64,000 bases of DNA from Nitrosopumilaceae archaeon (GTDB taxonomy: Archaea; Thermoproteota; Nitrososphaeria; Nitrososphaerales; Nitrosopumilaceae). A model generated the notes under the pieces. That model searched no databases. It was not told where the DNA came from and saw nothing but the letters and a program-made list of their open reading frames with translations. Within the stretch, counting starts at the first letter, position 1; the number at the start of each line of letters is the position of its first letter. The stretch spans positions 128,001 through 192,000 of the forward strand of contig CBDATR010000034.1 in assembly GCA_965200155.1 (NCBI GenBank). The letters are read 5' to 3'. Positions 43,701 to 53,107 of this stretch are shown here, one piece after another. Made by a program: the position numbers and the translations under genes.

Positions 43701-45667
43701 AGGACGAACAGGAAAAGATGCTGGAGGGAATCACCAAAGAGCTGGAGCAGCTGGACGCGGAAAAGTACGTACCCCAGGAGCAGCCTATAGCGAGGGAGGA
43801 GAACGAGAGTAGTACGGCGTATGTACGCAGACTGCAGAGCCTGCTACAGAGTTATGAAACCAAGTCAGAGAAGAAGAACAGTCTATTGCAGCAAAAGGAC
43901 GAACAGGAAAAGATGCTGGAGGGAATCACCAAAGAGCTGGAGCAGCTGGACGCGGAAAAGTACGTACCCCAGGAGCAGCCTATAGCGAGGGAGGAGAACG
44001 AGAGTAGTACGGCGTATGTACGCAGACTGCAGAGCCTGCTACAGAGTTATGAAACCAAGTCAGAGAAGAAGAACAGTCTATTGCAGCAAAAGGACGAACA
44101 GGAAAAGATGCTGGAGGGAATCACCAAAGAGCTGGAGCAGCTGGACGCGGAAAAGTACGTACCCCAGGAGCAGCCTATAGCGAGGGAGGAGAACGAGAGT
44201 AGTACGGCGTATGTACGCAGACTGCAGAGCCTGCTACAGAGTTATGAAACCAAGTCAGAGAAGAAGAACAGTCTATTGCAGCAAAAGGACGAACAGGAAA
44301 AGATGCTGGAGGGAATCACCAAAGAGCTGGAGCAGCTGGACGCGGAAAAGTACGTACCCCAGGAGCAGCCTATAGCGAGGGAGGAGAACGAGAGTAGTAC
44401 GGCGTATGTACGCAGACTGCAGAGCCTGCTACAGAGTTATGAAACCAAGTCAGAGAAGAAGAACAGTCTATTGCAGCAAAAGGACGAACAGGAAAAGATG
44501 CTGGAGGGAATCACCAAAGAGCTGGAGCAGCTGGACGCGGAAAAGTACGTACCCCAGGAGCAGCCTATAGCGAGGGAGGAGAACGAGAGTAGTACGGCGT
44601 ATGTACGCAGACTGCAGAGCCTGCTACAGAGTTATGAAACCAAGTCAGAGAAGAAGAACAGTCTATTGCAGCAAAAGGACGAACAGGAAAAGATGCTGGA
44701 GGGAATCACCAAAGAGCTGGAGCAGCTGGACGCGGAAAAGTACGTACCCCAGGAGCAGCCTATAGCGAGGGAGGAGAACGAGAGTAGTACGGCGTATGTA
44801 CGCAGACTGCAGAGCCTGCTACAGAGTTATGAAACAGACATTAGATACGTAAAAGAGCAGGAAGAGAGAAAAGAGAGCCTGGAATCGGACATTGACAAGG
44901 AGGAGACAAATCTGGTACAGTACAGGCAAGAGGATGAAAAACTGCAGGGTTCCCTGATAGAGGCAGAACGCCAACTGCAGGGACGCGATACACTGCAGAA
45001 GGATATTGATGAAAACGAAAAAGAGATGGATGAGGTCATGACCAGCCTGGAAAAAGAGAGGGACGAGGAATCCCGCATCAATGAGCGAATCAGTAATACA
45101 AAGTCAGTACTGGACAAGCTGGACACAGACATACAGGAGGCCAGAGTGTACAAGGCAGAGCACGACAAGTGCCAGGATTATGTGGAATGGCTGAACATGT
45201 ACTTTGTTCCCACGGTGGCGGCAATAGAGAGCAGGGTAATGGAGTCATTACGCTATGACTTTAACGACTCATATAGCGAATGGTACGCCACACTGGTGGA
45301 TGATCCCACCAAGAACTCGTACATAAACGAAAAGTTTGCGCCGGTACTGGAGCAGGACGGGTATCAACAGAATGTGGATTATCTGAGTGGTGGCGAGAAG
45401 ACAAGCGTGGCGCTGGCATACAGGCTGGCCATAAACAGTACAATGAGACGGCAGACCCAAGCCCTGAAATCCAATCTAATCATACTGGACGAGCCCACCG
45501 ACGGCTTTTCCCGGGAACAAATGAACAAGGTCCGGGTAATACTGGAGTCCCTAAAGTCACAGCAGGTAATCATGGTATCCCACGAAAAGGAACTGGAAGG
45601 GTATGTAGATCACGTGTTCCAGATCACCAAGAATGAGGGTGTATCATCCGTGCAAAGAATACGCTAG
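40778..45667 (+). CDS. rad50: DNA double-strand break repair ATPase Rad50 with expanded coiled coils (1629 aa)
   Basis: LENIRSY, Walker A GDVGAGKST, Q-loop YTPQ, zinc hook CDYC (43097-43108), signature LSGGEK, Walker B LIILDEPT, VSH. Confidence 0.95.
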   Translation: MLIKKIALENIRSYPKLHLDMPTGYVLLEGDVGAGKSTILMAIEFALFGLGEMKPDSLISKGKSRGEVALTFEVDGIQYEVGRTLLSKNGKINQDPKGAYLSVDGQREPLTASDLKSRILQVLNFREPSGPRSHSRVYRYAVYTPQEEIKAILGNDASREEAIRRAFGIEDYETVVNNAKTLRQKFSTDRAELSGRFAKLEEYCGEQESQKTALVEMEDSLEEIFKNKNIYAAQIAQAKARQSILSQQMDDMTRIDAERNHTKREIGRYNGMIDDCKDRLEKDRADLVHVNQELDQRGSPQCPTSVSAGELQESLEKIESEEKSILSKEADDKNCRSRISDIEEELGEIGILECPTSVSAGELQESLEKIESEEKSILSKEADDKNCRSRISDIEEELGEIGILECPTSVSAGELQESLEKIESEEKSILSKEADDKNCRSRISDIEEELGEIGILECPTSVSAGELQESLEKIESEEKSILSKEADDKNCRSRISDIEEELGEIGILECPTSVSAGELQESLEKIESEEKSILSKEADDKNCRSRISDIEEELGEIGILECPTSVSAGELQESLEKIESEEKSILSKEADDKNCRSRISDIEEELGEIGILECPTSVSAGELQESLEKIESEEKSILSKEADDKNCRSRISDIEEELGEIGILECPTSVSAGELQARLEDIERVERNILSKESEARACVVKIKQLSGKIGERTLESILNEISSLEKGIENHERNMSMYEGNLRNHSVLMGSISNTIHTLEDILDKTKDLGGRCDYCDSTLDEKYVAELQSKRRDKLNEARQEKESIARKISQNTKSREDAMLQLNRHRITLKECQEAQVHAMQKRDQGWMLEGITKELEQLDAEKYVPQEQPIAREENESSTAYVRRLQSLLQSYETKSEKKNSLLQQKDEQEKMLEGITKELEQLDAEKYVPQEQPIAREENESSTAYVRRLQSLLQSYETKSEKKNSLLQQKDEQEKMLEGITKELEQLDAEKYVPQEQPIAREENESSTAYVRRLQSLLQSYETKSEKKNSLLQQKDEQEKMLEGITKELEQLDAEKYVPQEQPIAREENESSTAYVRRLQSLLQSYETKSEKKNSLLQQKDEQEKMLEGITKELEQLDAEKYVPQEQPIAREENESSTAYVRRLQSLLQSYETKSEKKNSLLQQKDEQEKMLEGITKELEQLDAEKYVPQEQPIAREENESSTAYVRRLQSLLQSYETKSEKKNSLLQQKDEQEKMLEGITKELEQLDAEKYVPQEQPIAREENESSTAYVRRLQSLLQSYETKSEKKNSLLQQKDEQEKMLEGITKELEQLDAEKYVPQEQPIAREENESSTAYVRRLQSLLQSYETDIRYVKEQEERKESLESDIDKEETNLVQYRQEDEKLQGSLIEAERQLQGRDTLQKDIDENEKEMDEVMTSLEKERDEESRINERISNTKSVLDKLDTDIQEARVYKAEHDKCQDYVEWLNMYFVPTVAAIESRVMESLRYDFNDSYSEWYATLVDDPTKNSYINEKFAPVLEQDGYQQNVDYLSGGEKTSVALAYRLAINSTMRRQTQALKSNLIILDEPTDGFSREQMNKVRVILESLKSQQVIMVSHEKELEGYVDHVFQITKNEGVSSVQRIR
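41681..42806 (+). repeat. 156-bp (52-aa) tandem repeat, 7 full copies plus start of an 8th, N-terminal arm of Rad50
   Basis: Units start at 41681, 41837, 41993, 42149, 42305, 42461, 42617, 42773; CPTSVSAGELQESLEKIESEEKSILSKEADDKNCRSRISDIEEELGEIGILE. Confidence 0.97.
43328..44835 (+). repeat. 195-bp (65-aa) tandem repeat, 7 full copies plus partial 8th, C-terminal arm of Rad50
   Basis: Units start at 43328, 43523, 43718, 43913, 44108, 44303, 44498, 44693; MLEGITKELEQLDAEKYVPQEQPIAREENESSTAYVRRLQSLLQSYETKSEKKNSLLQQKDEQEK. Confidence 0.97.
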
Positions 45668-45784
45668 AACCGCAAACAAGTCAGACTTTTCCCGTACACC
45701 ACGTATGGCAGGCTCACCGGTAATGCAGGGACGGACTGCTGTTTACTACGTATCCTAATATAACAGGAAAATAATGCACCAATC

Positions 45785-46273
45785 ATGCAAGCTGTTACCG
45801 AGGATCGTCTTGCACTGTTCGCAGAGATGGAGAAAAAGTACGAGGAGAAGGAATCCCAGTACTTTGTAGGCTTGCTGGATCATGAAGATTTTGTGGTGAG
45901 GACACGAGCCACATGCATACTGGTAGACTTTGGCGGTGAGGACAAGGTGCCCCACATAGCACGAGTGTTAAAGAATGATGACAACGAGCTGGTGAGGCAC
46001 GAGGCGGCATTCTCGCTGGGGCAGATGTCTTACTCCAGTGGGGTGGAGGCGCTAGTGGATGCTACATTGAATGATGAAAGCATGTTTGTGAGGCACGAGG
46101 CGGCCATTGCACTGGGTGTTATAGGATCAGATGCATCCCAGGAGGCTTTAGTTAAGGCGCTGGATGATCCTGACAAGCCGGTCTCAGAATCAGCCATTGT
46201 GGCACTGTCCAATATTGCATTCATGAGAGATATCAGTCGCAACGAACAGTTTGCTAAACTTACGGGGGGATAA
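45785..46273 (+). CDS. HEAT/PBS-lyase repeat protein
   Basis: VRHEAAFSLG and VRHEAAIALG repeats. Confidence 0.9.
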   Translation: MQAVTEDRLALFAEMEKKYEEKESQYFVGLLDHEDFVVRTRATCILVDFGGEDKVPHIARVLKNDDNELVRHEAAFSLGQMSYSSGVEALVDATLNDESMFVRHEAAIALGVIGSDASQEALVKALDDPDKPVSESAIVALSNIAFMRDISRNEQFAKLTGG

Positions 46274-46407
46274 GGTGGACTTTTCAGTTGGCATAATTGC
46301 GGCAGTAGGCGTACTTGTTGCGGCCATACTGGGGCTGATAGCCATGTCCCCGGGTGCCCTGCCATAAGTCATTAGGTATTTAGTACCTGCTGAAATAAGC
46401 ACAAGCA

Positions 46408-47067
46408 TTGTCTGCCATAATAGGCCAAAAGGCGCCAGAGATACAGGTGTCCCAATGGGTCCAGGGTATACCCACCACACTGGCGCAGGAGAAAGACAGG
46501 ATAGTGCTGATTGAGGTATTCCAGGTGAACTGTCCCGGATGCTTTTTGTACGGAATACCCGAGGCCATAAACATCTACAACCAGTACAAGGACGAGGGGA
46601 TCAGGGTGCTGGGCATAGCAACGGCATTTGAGGATTTTGACAAGAATACGCCGGAGAATCTCCGGGCCCTGGCAGAGAGCGGCAAGGTCATTGGGGAAAC
46701 CGAACGCGCCCTGCAGCAGTATGGGCAGCTGCAAAATGGCATTCTCCCATACAAGATACCATTTCCACTGGCTGCGGACAATCTCATAAAGACAGAAGGT
46801 AACATAGATGACGGCAAGGTCATATCATTCATCAAGAGTCAGCTGCCGGGATTTGACTCGGAGAGTCCGGACAGGCAGAGGCAGCTGATTCAGCGGGTTA
46901 GAAATTACATGCTCTCCAAGGAGTATTCGGCCCAGACCTTTGAGACATATGGGTTGCAGGGGACACCCTCAACTATAGTGGTGGACCGGCAGGGCATACT
47001 CAGAGATGTTACGTTCGGCCAGACCGGTAGCATAGAGTCAAAGATCAAGGTCCTCTTAAGGGACTAG
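46408..47067 (+). CDS. thioredoxin-fold redoxin (TlpA-like)
   Basis: IGQKAPE, FQVNCPGC, GTPSTIVVDRQG. Confidence 0.85.
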   Translation: MSAIIGQKAPEIQVSQWVQGIPTTLAQEKDRIVLIEVFQVNCPGCFLYGIPEAINIYNQYKDEGIRVLGIATAFEDFDKNTPENLRALAESGKVIGETERALQQYGQLQNGILPYKIPFPLAADNLIKTEGNIDDGKVISFIKSQLPGFDSESPDRQRQLIQRVRNYMLSKEYSAQTFETYGLQGTPSTIVVDRQGILRDVTFGQTGSIESKIKVLLRD

Positions 47068-47136
47068 CGCGCGTCCTTTCCAACAACGTGTAATTATTAC
47101 AATAGGTCGTGCGTGAATTTAGAAGTAAACTTGTAG

Positions 47137-47586
47137 CTATAGGGCAAATCGCTTCTTCATACTAGCATCCTTGTATATTCGTGGATGAGACGTATCGGCC
47201 AGTATAACCTCGAACCACTGATGAATGCCGTCCCGGTATACAAAGTATGATCCCAGCAGGCTCATATTTGGATATCTCTCCAAGACCCGGTTCTCCGCCA
47301 CTTTTTGCATGTTTATGTCTGCCTTTATCTTGGTTACACCTAGGTGTTTTGGACGCCTTCCTCCCCTAGGTCTCTGCTTTCTCATTCCGCCTACGCCAAC
47401 ACGCATGCGTATAACTACGATGCCGTTCTTTGCCTTGTATCCCAGCCGTCTTGCACGTTGCAGTCTGCTGGGTCGCTCTATACGGGTTATGGCATTCTGC
47501 TTTCGCCATTCTACTATCCGCTGTCTCAGCTCGGGAGCATTTGTGCGCCACAACTTGGCCCAAGTGGAATCCTGGTAACTCACCAT
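47137..47586 (-). CDS. rpl15e: 50S ribosomal protein L15e
   Basis: RIERPSRLQRARRLGYKAKNG, GRRPKHLG, YPNM.LLGSY, WFEVILAD..HP. Confidence 0.95.
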   Translation of the reverse strand: MVSYQDSTWAKLWRTNAPELRQRIVEWRKQNAITRIERPSRLQRARRLGYKAKNGIVVIRMRVGVGGMRKQRPRGGRRPKHLGVTKIKADINMQKVAENRVLERYPNMSLLGSYFVYRDGIHQWFEVILADTSHPRIYKDASMKKRFAL

Positions 47587-47709
47587 GATGGTATATCGAC
47601 TCTAGTCCCATTATTAATTCATGCTTCCGGCGACAGGTACAGCAAGTTCCAAAAAGTCAGGCATGGTCATCCCATATGTTCCCGGGACCAAAATCTAAAG
47701 TTCCATGAA

Positions 47710-49226
47710 TATAGCGGTCACCATAAGTCTTTGATTTTCATGGCACCTCGTTCCTGGACAGTACCTGGCTTTGGCTTGTCACCATTATTCCCGCCCTGAC
47801 GCCTCCGGACGACACGCTCTGCCGCCCCATACAGGATGTTCCATGCCGCGTTGATATAGGCGTGAAATTCCTGGTTACATATTGAAAGTGTCCCTAGTTG
47901 ATCGTGATTTGTCGTCAACGTGTCCACACACGTGACAGGTCTGGCTTGTGTATTTCACTGGCACAGCCTCCAATTCAATCCCCAGTGCCTCGCACTTTTG
48001 TACTACTTTCCGGCGGAACTCGCCTACCCGGTTCTCGCGCATGGAACGGTTCATTGCTCTTTTCCGGTTCCCGCCATGACTGGTCATTGCTTTCGGTGAT
48101 AAATCCTCTAGTACTACCTTGTCCACACCTTTGATGATCGCGTGGACCATTCTATTCGTGGAGTCGTTCGCGATATTATTCGCTTTCTGTCTTAGTCGAG
48201 TGATTTGTTTCTCAATCTTTCGCTTCCTGCGCTTACCCTTTCGCGTTCTAATACTCTGGAATGCGCTAATCTCCCGCAATATGGAACAATGTCTCATGTT
48301 ATGAATAATCGTTATGCCATTCGTGTCAGCTGTTACAGCTAGATGTTTCCCGCCGACATCCACGCAGCAAACAACGCCGGTCGGTAGGTGGTGTCTCCCG
48401 TATATTGATGTGAATCTCGAATTAACGTTCCCTGTTCTTGTCAACTCGTTCCACTATACTGAATGGGCGCATGTTCAAGGAACGATCGATTGGTTTGGTT
48501 GTTCTCACCACACCAATACCCGGCAGGTATAGTTCGTGAGAACCGCGCCTTATCGGCGGACTTACATAAGACAGTATTACTCTATCATTGTCACGCCGGT
48601 GTGGTATGTAATTAGAATGATCCTCGTACGCCCGCCTGCACGCGACAGACGCCTGTAGTATGGCGTCCAGACCATAGTTAGAGGGTAACTCGCGCACCCA
48701 CTCCAGATCACGGCGCCAATTTGTCAATTCCAGGAACAAACCATTCTTGTTGGACGGGTAAACCGTCTCTTGATGACCGTTCTAGAACGCGGTAGCTGAT
48801 TCACGGTATGAGTTCACCTGTGTCTAAATTTACGCATAACTGATGGAACAGGTTGTTCTAGTTAATGTGATTTGTGCACAAGATTCCGGAAGACGTGAAC
48901 TCATATGATTCACGTATAATGAATCACAGACCATATGGTGACTTGGCGGACTCGTTCTTATTCTTGACCTTGGCCGGATCATGCTTCAATTCAAGAGTGG
49001 TTCCAGGTATGTAGTAACCGCCCAGCGTGATCTCGGACACCGCTCTATTATAGACATAATCGGATGTGTAACCAAACATCTTGGCGCGCCGGGAGAACTC
49101 CTTATCATTCTTCAACGGTATAATGACGGTCTGAATTATGTCATCCATCATCTGGCGATTCTACTCTAGTAGTGGTTCTATATAGTACGGTCCTATACCC
49201 GGCAAAGACTTATGGTGGGCGCTATA
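47710..49226 (-). mobile_element. tnpB: complete tnpB-only element with 24-bp terminal inverted repeats; tnpB frameshifted
   Basis: RuvC-I CVDVG, RuvC-II VLEDL, TSQTCHVCG, RuvC-III HAYINAAWNI; ends tatagcggtcaccataagtctttg / caaagacttatggtgggcgctata (22/24 inverted match). Confidence 0.85.
48806..48906 (-). mobile_element. MITE family 1
   Basis: TSD gattcacg. Confidence 0.95.
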
Positions 49227-49327
49227 CAATGAGTATTGTTCGGGGTTAGGGCGCTATAAAATATCATAATGAGGAAAGGTCACCATAGCATCCCTCCTTG
49301 GGGTAAGGTAAACGCCCACACCACATA

Positions 49328-49537
49328 TCACGCCGCAACAGCATCGTGTGATTCCACAAATATGACGCTTAATAGATCCCTGCTACTACGCTTGTTTATT
49401 GTGTCATAGCTGGTATTATGCCGGTTTTTGAGATGCGCCTTGCGGGATTTAATACCATACTCCCGGCACAGTCTGCAAAAGTATGTAGTTTTACGCTCTG
49501 CCCTAGGTCTGGCTTGGTCATACGCAACGCTCATCAT
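49328..49537 (-). CDS. small hypothetical protein with CxxC...H....H pattern
   Basis: YFCRLCREYGIKSRKAHLKNRH resembles a C2H2 zinc finger. Confidence 0.45.
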   Translation of the reverse strand: MMSVAYDQARPRAERKTTYFCRLCREYGIKSRKAHLKNRHNTSYDTINKRSSRDLLSVIFVESHDAVAA

Positions 49538-49678
49538 TACTAATTTATGGCATAGTAGATTTTAATGTTGTCATATATCTTACATTTTGTAATACAATTC
49601 CGCCATCATGTATTAAACCTATAAACCGCAGGACAAGACAAACCCAATCGATTTAAGGCGGCAGTATACACCACATGC

Positions 49679-50281
49679 ATGCTCATCAAGATATGCTGTA
49701 TGGCGCTAGCGGCAGTTGTATCTGCGGCATACGGGGATCCCCTGGAGGTGCATACAACGCAGGAGACATATACGTACGGAGAATATCTGAATATAATCAT
49801 ACAGGTGGAGGAGATAAGCGAACCTGTTGCCATACTAACCATACAGGATATGGAGGGCAAACCCAGTGCGCCCATACAGGTACCACTGCAAGGGCTGAAT
49901 ACCACATTTCCCGCAACATTCCCCTTTGATCTTGAGTATCCCGCAGGCCAGTACAGGATACAGGCAGAGTATTCTGGTTACACGGCAGAGACAGTCTTTG
50001 AGCTTGTAGAGACCGATGGCATAGTGATTCCCAACCTAATTCGGCAGGTCGCCATTTACTGGATTAGTGGCCAGGTATCCGGGGAGGTGTATACTGATAT
50101 TTTGGCAGAATTGTCGGATCAGGGTATCCTGACTATTCCGGATACGCAGTTGCAGGGAACCATACCTGCATGGGTTATGATACCTACTGTGTTATGGTTA
50201 CAGGATCTAATAGACAATAGCACATATGTCAATCTCATTCAGTACTTGGTAGATCAAGGCATCATAATAGTAGGCGCGTAA
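49679..50281 (+). CDS. secreted protein with thaumarchaeal-type C-terminal IPxW..W..G.I repeat
   Basis: Signal peptide; IPNLIRQVAIYWISGQV, IPAWV..W, IQYLVDQGII. Confidence 0.75.
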   Translation: MLIKICCMALAAVVSAAYGDPLEVHTTQETYTYGEYLNIIIQVEEISEPVAILTIQDMEGKPSAPIQVPLQGLNTTFPATFPFDLEYPAGQYRIQAEYSGYTAETVFELVETDGIVIPNLIRQVAIYWISGQVSGEVYTDILAELSDQGILTIPDTQLQGTIPAWVMIPTVLWLQDLIDNSTYVNLIQYLVDQGIIIVGA

Positions 50282-50548
50282 GAACCACACAAACAGTACG
50301 TGACTGCGCCCACCGGCTTTGGCAAATATCACCCATTATGAGCGACCCTGCATACATGCGTCATTCTGTAACCGCACAGAATATACCAGGTACAAGTTCA
50401 TTCCCAATCGCGATCAGCCGTGTAAACGCCGGTTAACTCATACGATGGCTTGCAGTACAAGGAATACGCCATTTCATGATGCCGCATATGAATTCAGAAA
50501 TACAGGCAGAGTCATTCATGTGAAAAATCAATGCTACGCCAACCGACT

Positions 50549-51607
50549 TGTAATGTATGAAAAGTCGGTCCGCTAGTCATTGGCATCCCGCTCCATCCAT
50601 TTTACATTATTTGCCCTAATTGCCTGGGTCGCCTTTTTATTCCTGAAGCGATGTTTCGTCGTTATCTATATCTAGTGAGAAGTGCAATCTTCTCTCATTG
50701 TAGTAGTCAACATAATCCCGGAGACTGTCATAATGCCATATCTCATTGGACTCTTAAATAAGAGTCCCCTCGTCCTCAATCATTCCATGGAAGCGCTCCA
50801 GTTGTATGAGTTCACCTGTGTCTAAATTTACGCATAACTGATCGCGACAGTTAAAGAACCGGTTCTTTTGTGCATAAGATTCCGGAAGACGTGAACTCAT
50901 ACCTCCAGTTTGCCATTTGTCTACGGGTGGTATGGTCTGGAATTGATTAGTATGATGTCTTGATTCAGCAGTTCTTCCTAGAATAGTGGGTTTCCAGTTC
51001 TTTTTGCCCTTTTATTGTCCTACGAAACACGCGCCGTTATCCGAGATGCAGGGGCGCCGAATCGTTTCATTGACAGTCTCAGTAATAGAGTGGCGTTCTC
51101 TGAGGTTGCATGCTAGAATAGTGCAGCTCCGACTATACACCTGGATGCATCATCTATGAGATTCAGTCCCCTGAAGCGCTCATCTTTTCATGACATGGCA
51201 GTGCCACATTGCATTGGAATATTTACGCTCATAGCGTACCCACTCTGATTTGTGATGAGACTGTCGTGCCGTTCTTTTTCATTATGCGATATACTGCGCG
51301 ATATGTATTATGTCTAAGCCTCTTTGCAATACGTACTACTCCGGCGGGATCCTTGCTGTATGCTTCAGTTACCATTCGTATCTGGGTGGCGGTGATTGGT
51401 ATCATGGGCCTGCCCATCTTTACTCGAGTCGTTCCCGTCCTCTGGTTCACAATCTTCGTACGTGTCTTGTTTCGGGTCTTGAGCTATATTGGTTGTGGCA
51501 ACGCCTCTTTTGTCTTGATTCCTCTGTTATTCTCTTTACCATCTGGCTTGTGCAATCTGAACTACTGTACGCCGGATCCTAAGCGGACTTACTTTTCGTA
51601 CTATTGA
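50549..51607 (-). mobile_element. IS481-like element (copy A), decayed
   Basis: Reverse complement of the 38062-39024 family; both ends present. Confidence 0.85.
50804..50902 (-). mobile_element. MITE family 1 (variant with extra palindrome)
   Basis: TSD ctccagtt. Confidence 0.95.
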
Positions 51608-51662
51608 GATTATAGATAAACGGCGGTTAAGTTATATGTATCGTGTAATTTTCTTTACTGTA

Positions 51663-53057
51663 ATGAAAAAACGAGTTAGCATGGTGCTCACTGCGGCAGT
51701 TGTTGCTGTTGTGGGCGCTGCACTAATTGGTAGTACTTTTACTCAGTCTCAATTGTCCACCGCGACCTCTGATCCTCATGTTATGGATCAAATTCGCGCA
51801 ATGGGCGGACTCCAACTGGTTATGCCCGAGGCATTTGCGGATGTCACATGTGATAACATAGATACCACCGGACGTACAGTGGTAGAGTTCAATTTGACTG
51901 GTGAATCAGTAGAGCTGCCAATTATGGGTGGAAATACCTATCAGGCAATGACCTTTAGTGGTCAAGTACCTGGTCCCACACTCAGAGTAACCCAAGGTGA
52001 TGTGGTAATGATGACCCTTACTATACCTGCTGATGAGCTTACGGCTCACGGTAATGACATGCACTCAAGTCAGATGTCATCTGCCAACTTTGGTGCAGTC
52101 TGGCCCGGATCTTCCGAGACATACTGCTACATTGCAGAATCCGCGGGTGTCTTCAAGTACCACTGTTCCGGAATTGATCTGGCTGCCATGGACCAGCACG
52201 TACTGTCTGGCATGTATGGTATCGCCATTGTTGATCCACTGGATGGTTACAAGAAGCTGATGGTAGAAAAGACCAAAGTCGTTAACGGCGAGGTAGTCTT
52301 GGATAGGATGATATATGATGCTGATGCACTGGAGTTCCAACTTCAATACAATCAGCTCTATCTGACTGAGGCTGGCACCTATGACATGGTCGCGATGATG
52401 GGTCACCAGAATACCGGTACTGTGGTAAATGGTATGCAGTTTGGCTATGTGCCTAATGGCGTACACAACTTGCTCATTAACGGTGACATGGGAAGCAACA
52501 TATTCGTGGCTCAGCCATGGAATGGTCTTGATCTAGAACAGTACCAATCCCAGCTACTATACGTTGAGACCGGTCAGCATGTCCGAATATTTGTGGAGAA
52601 CCAGGGTAATGAATCAGTATTCTTCCACATTGTAGGTGAGATACTGGACAGGGTTACCCAGGGTAACCGTGTAGTATCTGCCGCAACCGAGACATGGAAC
52701 TTGGGTGGCTCACAGAACATGATAGTAGATCTGGTCTTTGATGTTCCAGGTACCTATGCAGCAGTGAACCACGACTATGCAGCAATCTACTCTGGCGCGG
52801 CTACAGTATTTGTAGCAGGTGATCCCTTCGGCCTAAATGAGCGTCTAATGGATGCTGGTGTCCTTACTGAGCCGGTTCCATCATACGCATATGTACTGGG
52901 CAATCCCAGCGATGCAGTTCCGCCCATGGGTATGAACAGTATTGCTCATCCTGCCATTAACATACACGGTTTGTACACAGATGAGGTAGTGGAGCAAAAG
53001 AGAAGCGAGGGCGCACTAGCACTCTGGGAAATCGTTCCTACACTACCACCAATCTAG
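51663..53057 (+). CDS. nirK: copper-containing nitrite reductase (thaumarchaeal type)
   Basis: N-terminal anchor, TFSGQVPGPTLRVTQGD, HGNDMH, GVFKYHCSG...DQHVLSGMYG, FFHIVGE, VNHDY; ORF track starts it at 51636. Confidence 0.92.
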   Translation: MKKRVSMVLTAAVVAVVGAALIGSTFTQSQLSTATSDPHVMDQIRAMGGLQLVMPEAFADVTCDNIDTTGRTVVEFNLTGESVELPIMGGNTYQAMTFSGQVPGPTLRVTQGDVVMMTLTIPADELTAHGNDMHSSQMSSANFGAVWPGSSETYCYIAESAGVFKYHCSGIDLAAMDQHVLSGMYGIAIVDPLDGYKKLMVEKTKVVNGEVVLDRMIYDADALEFQLQYNQLYLTEAGTYDMVAMMGHQNTGTVVNGMQFGYVPNGVHNLLINGDMGSNIFVAQPWNGLDLEQYQSQLLYVETGQHVRIFVENQGNESVFFHIVGEILDRVTQGNRVVSAATETWNLGGSQNMIVDLVFDVPGTYAAVNHDYAAIYSGAATVFVAGDPFGLNERLMDAGVLTEPVPSYAYVLGNPSDAVPPMGMNSIAHPAINIHGLYTDEVVEQKRSEGALALWEIVPTLPPI

Positions 53058-53107
53058 ACATTTTCATTTTTTATATGATTATATACTACTATTCTGGGTA
53101 GACATAC

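Noticed and set aside
40778-45667. Rad50-like ORF as a defence SMC (Wadjet/Lamassu) or tape-measure protein
   Set aside because: It has a CxxC hook, lies directly after a canonical mre11, and has no jet/lmu or viral neighbours.
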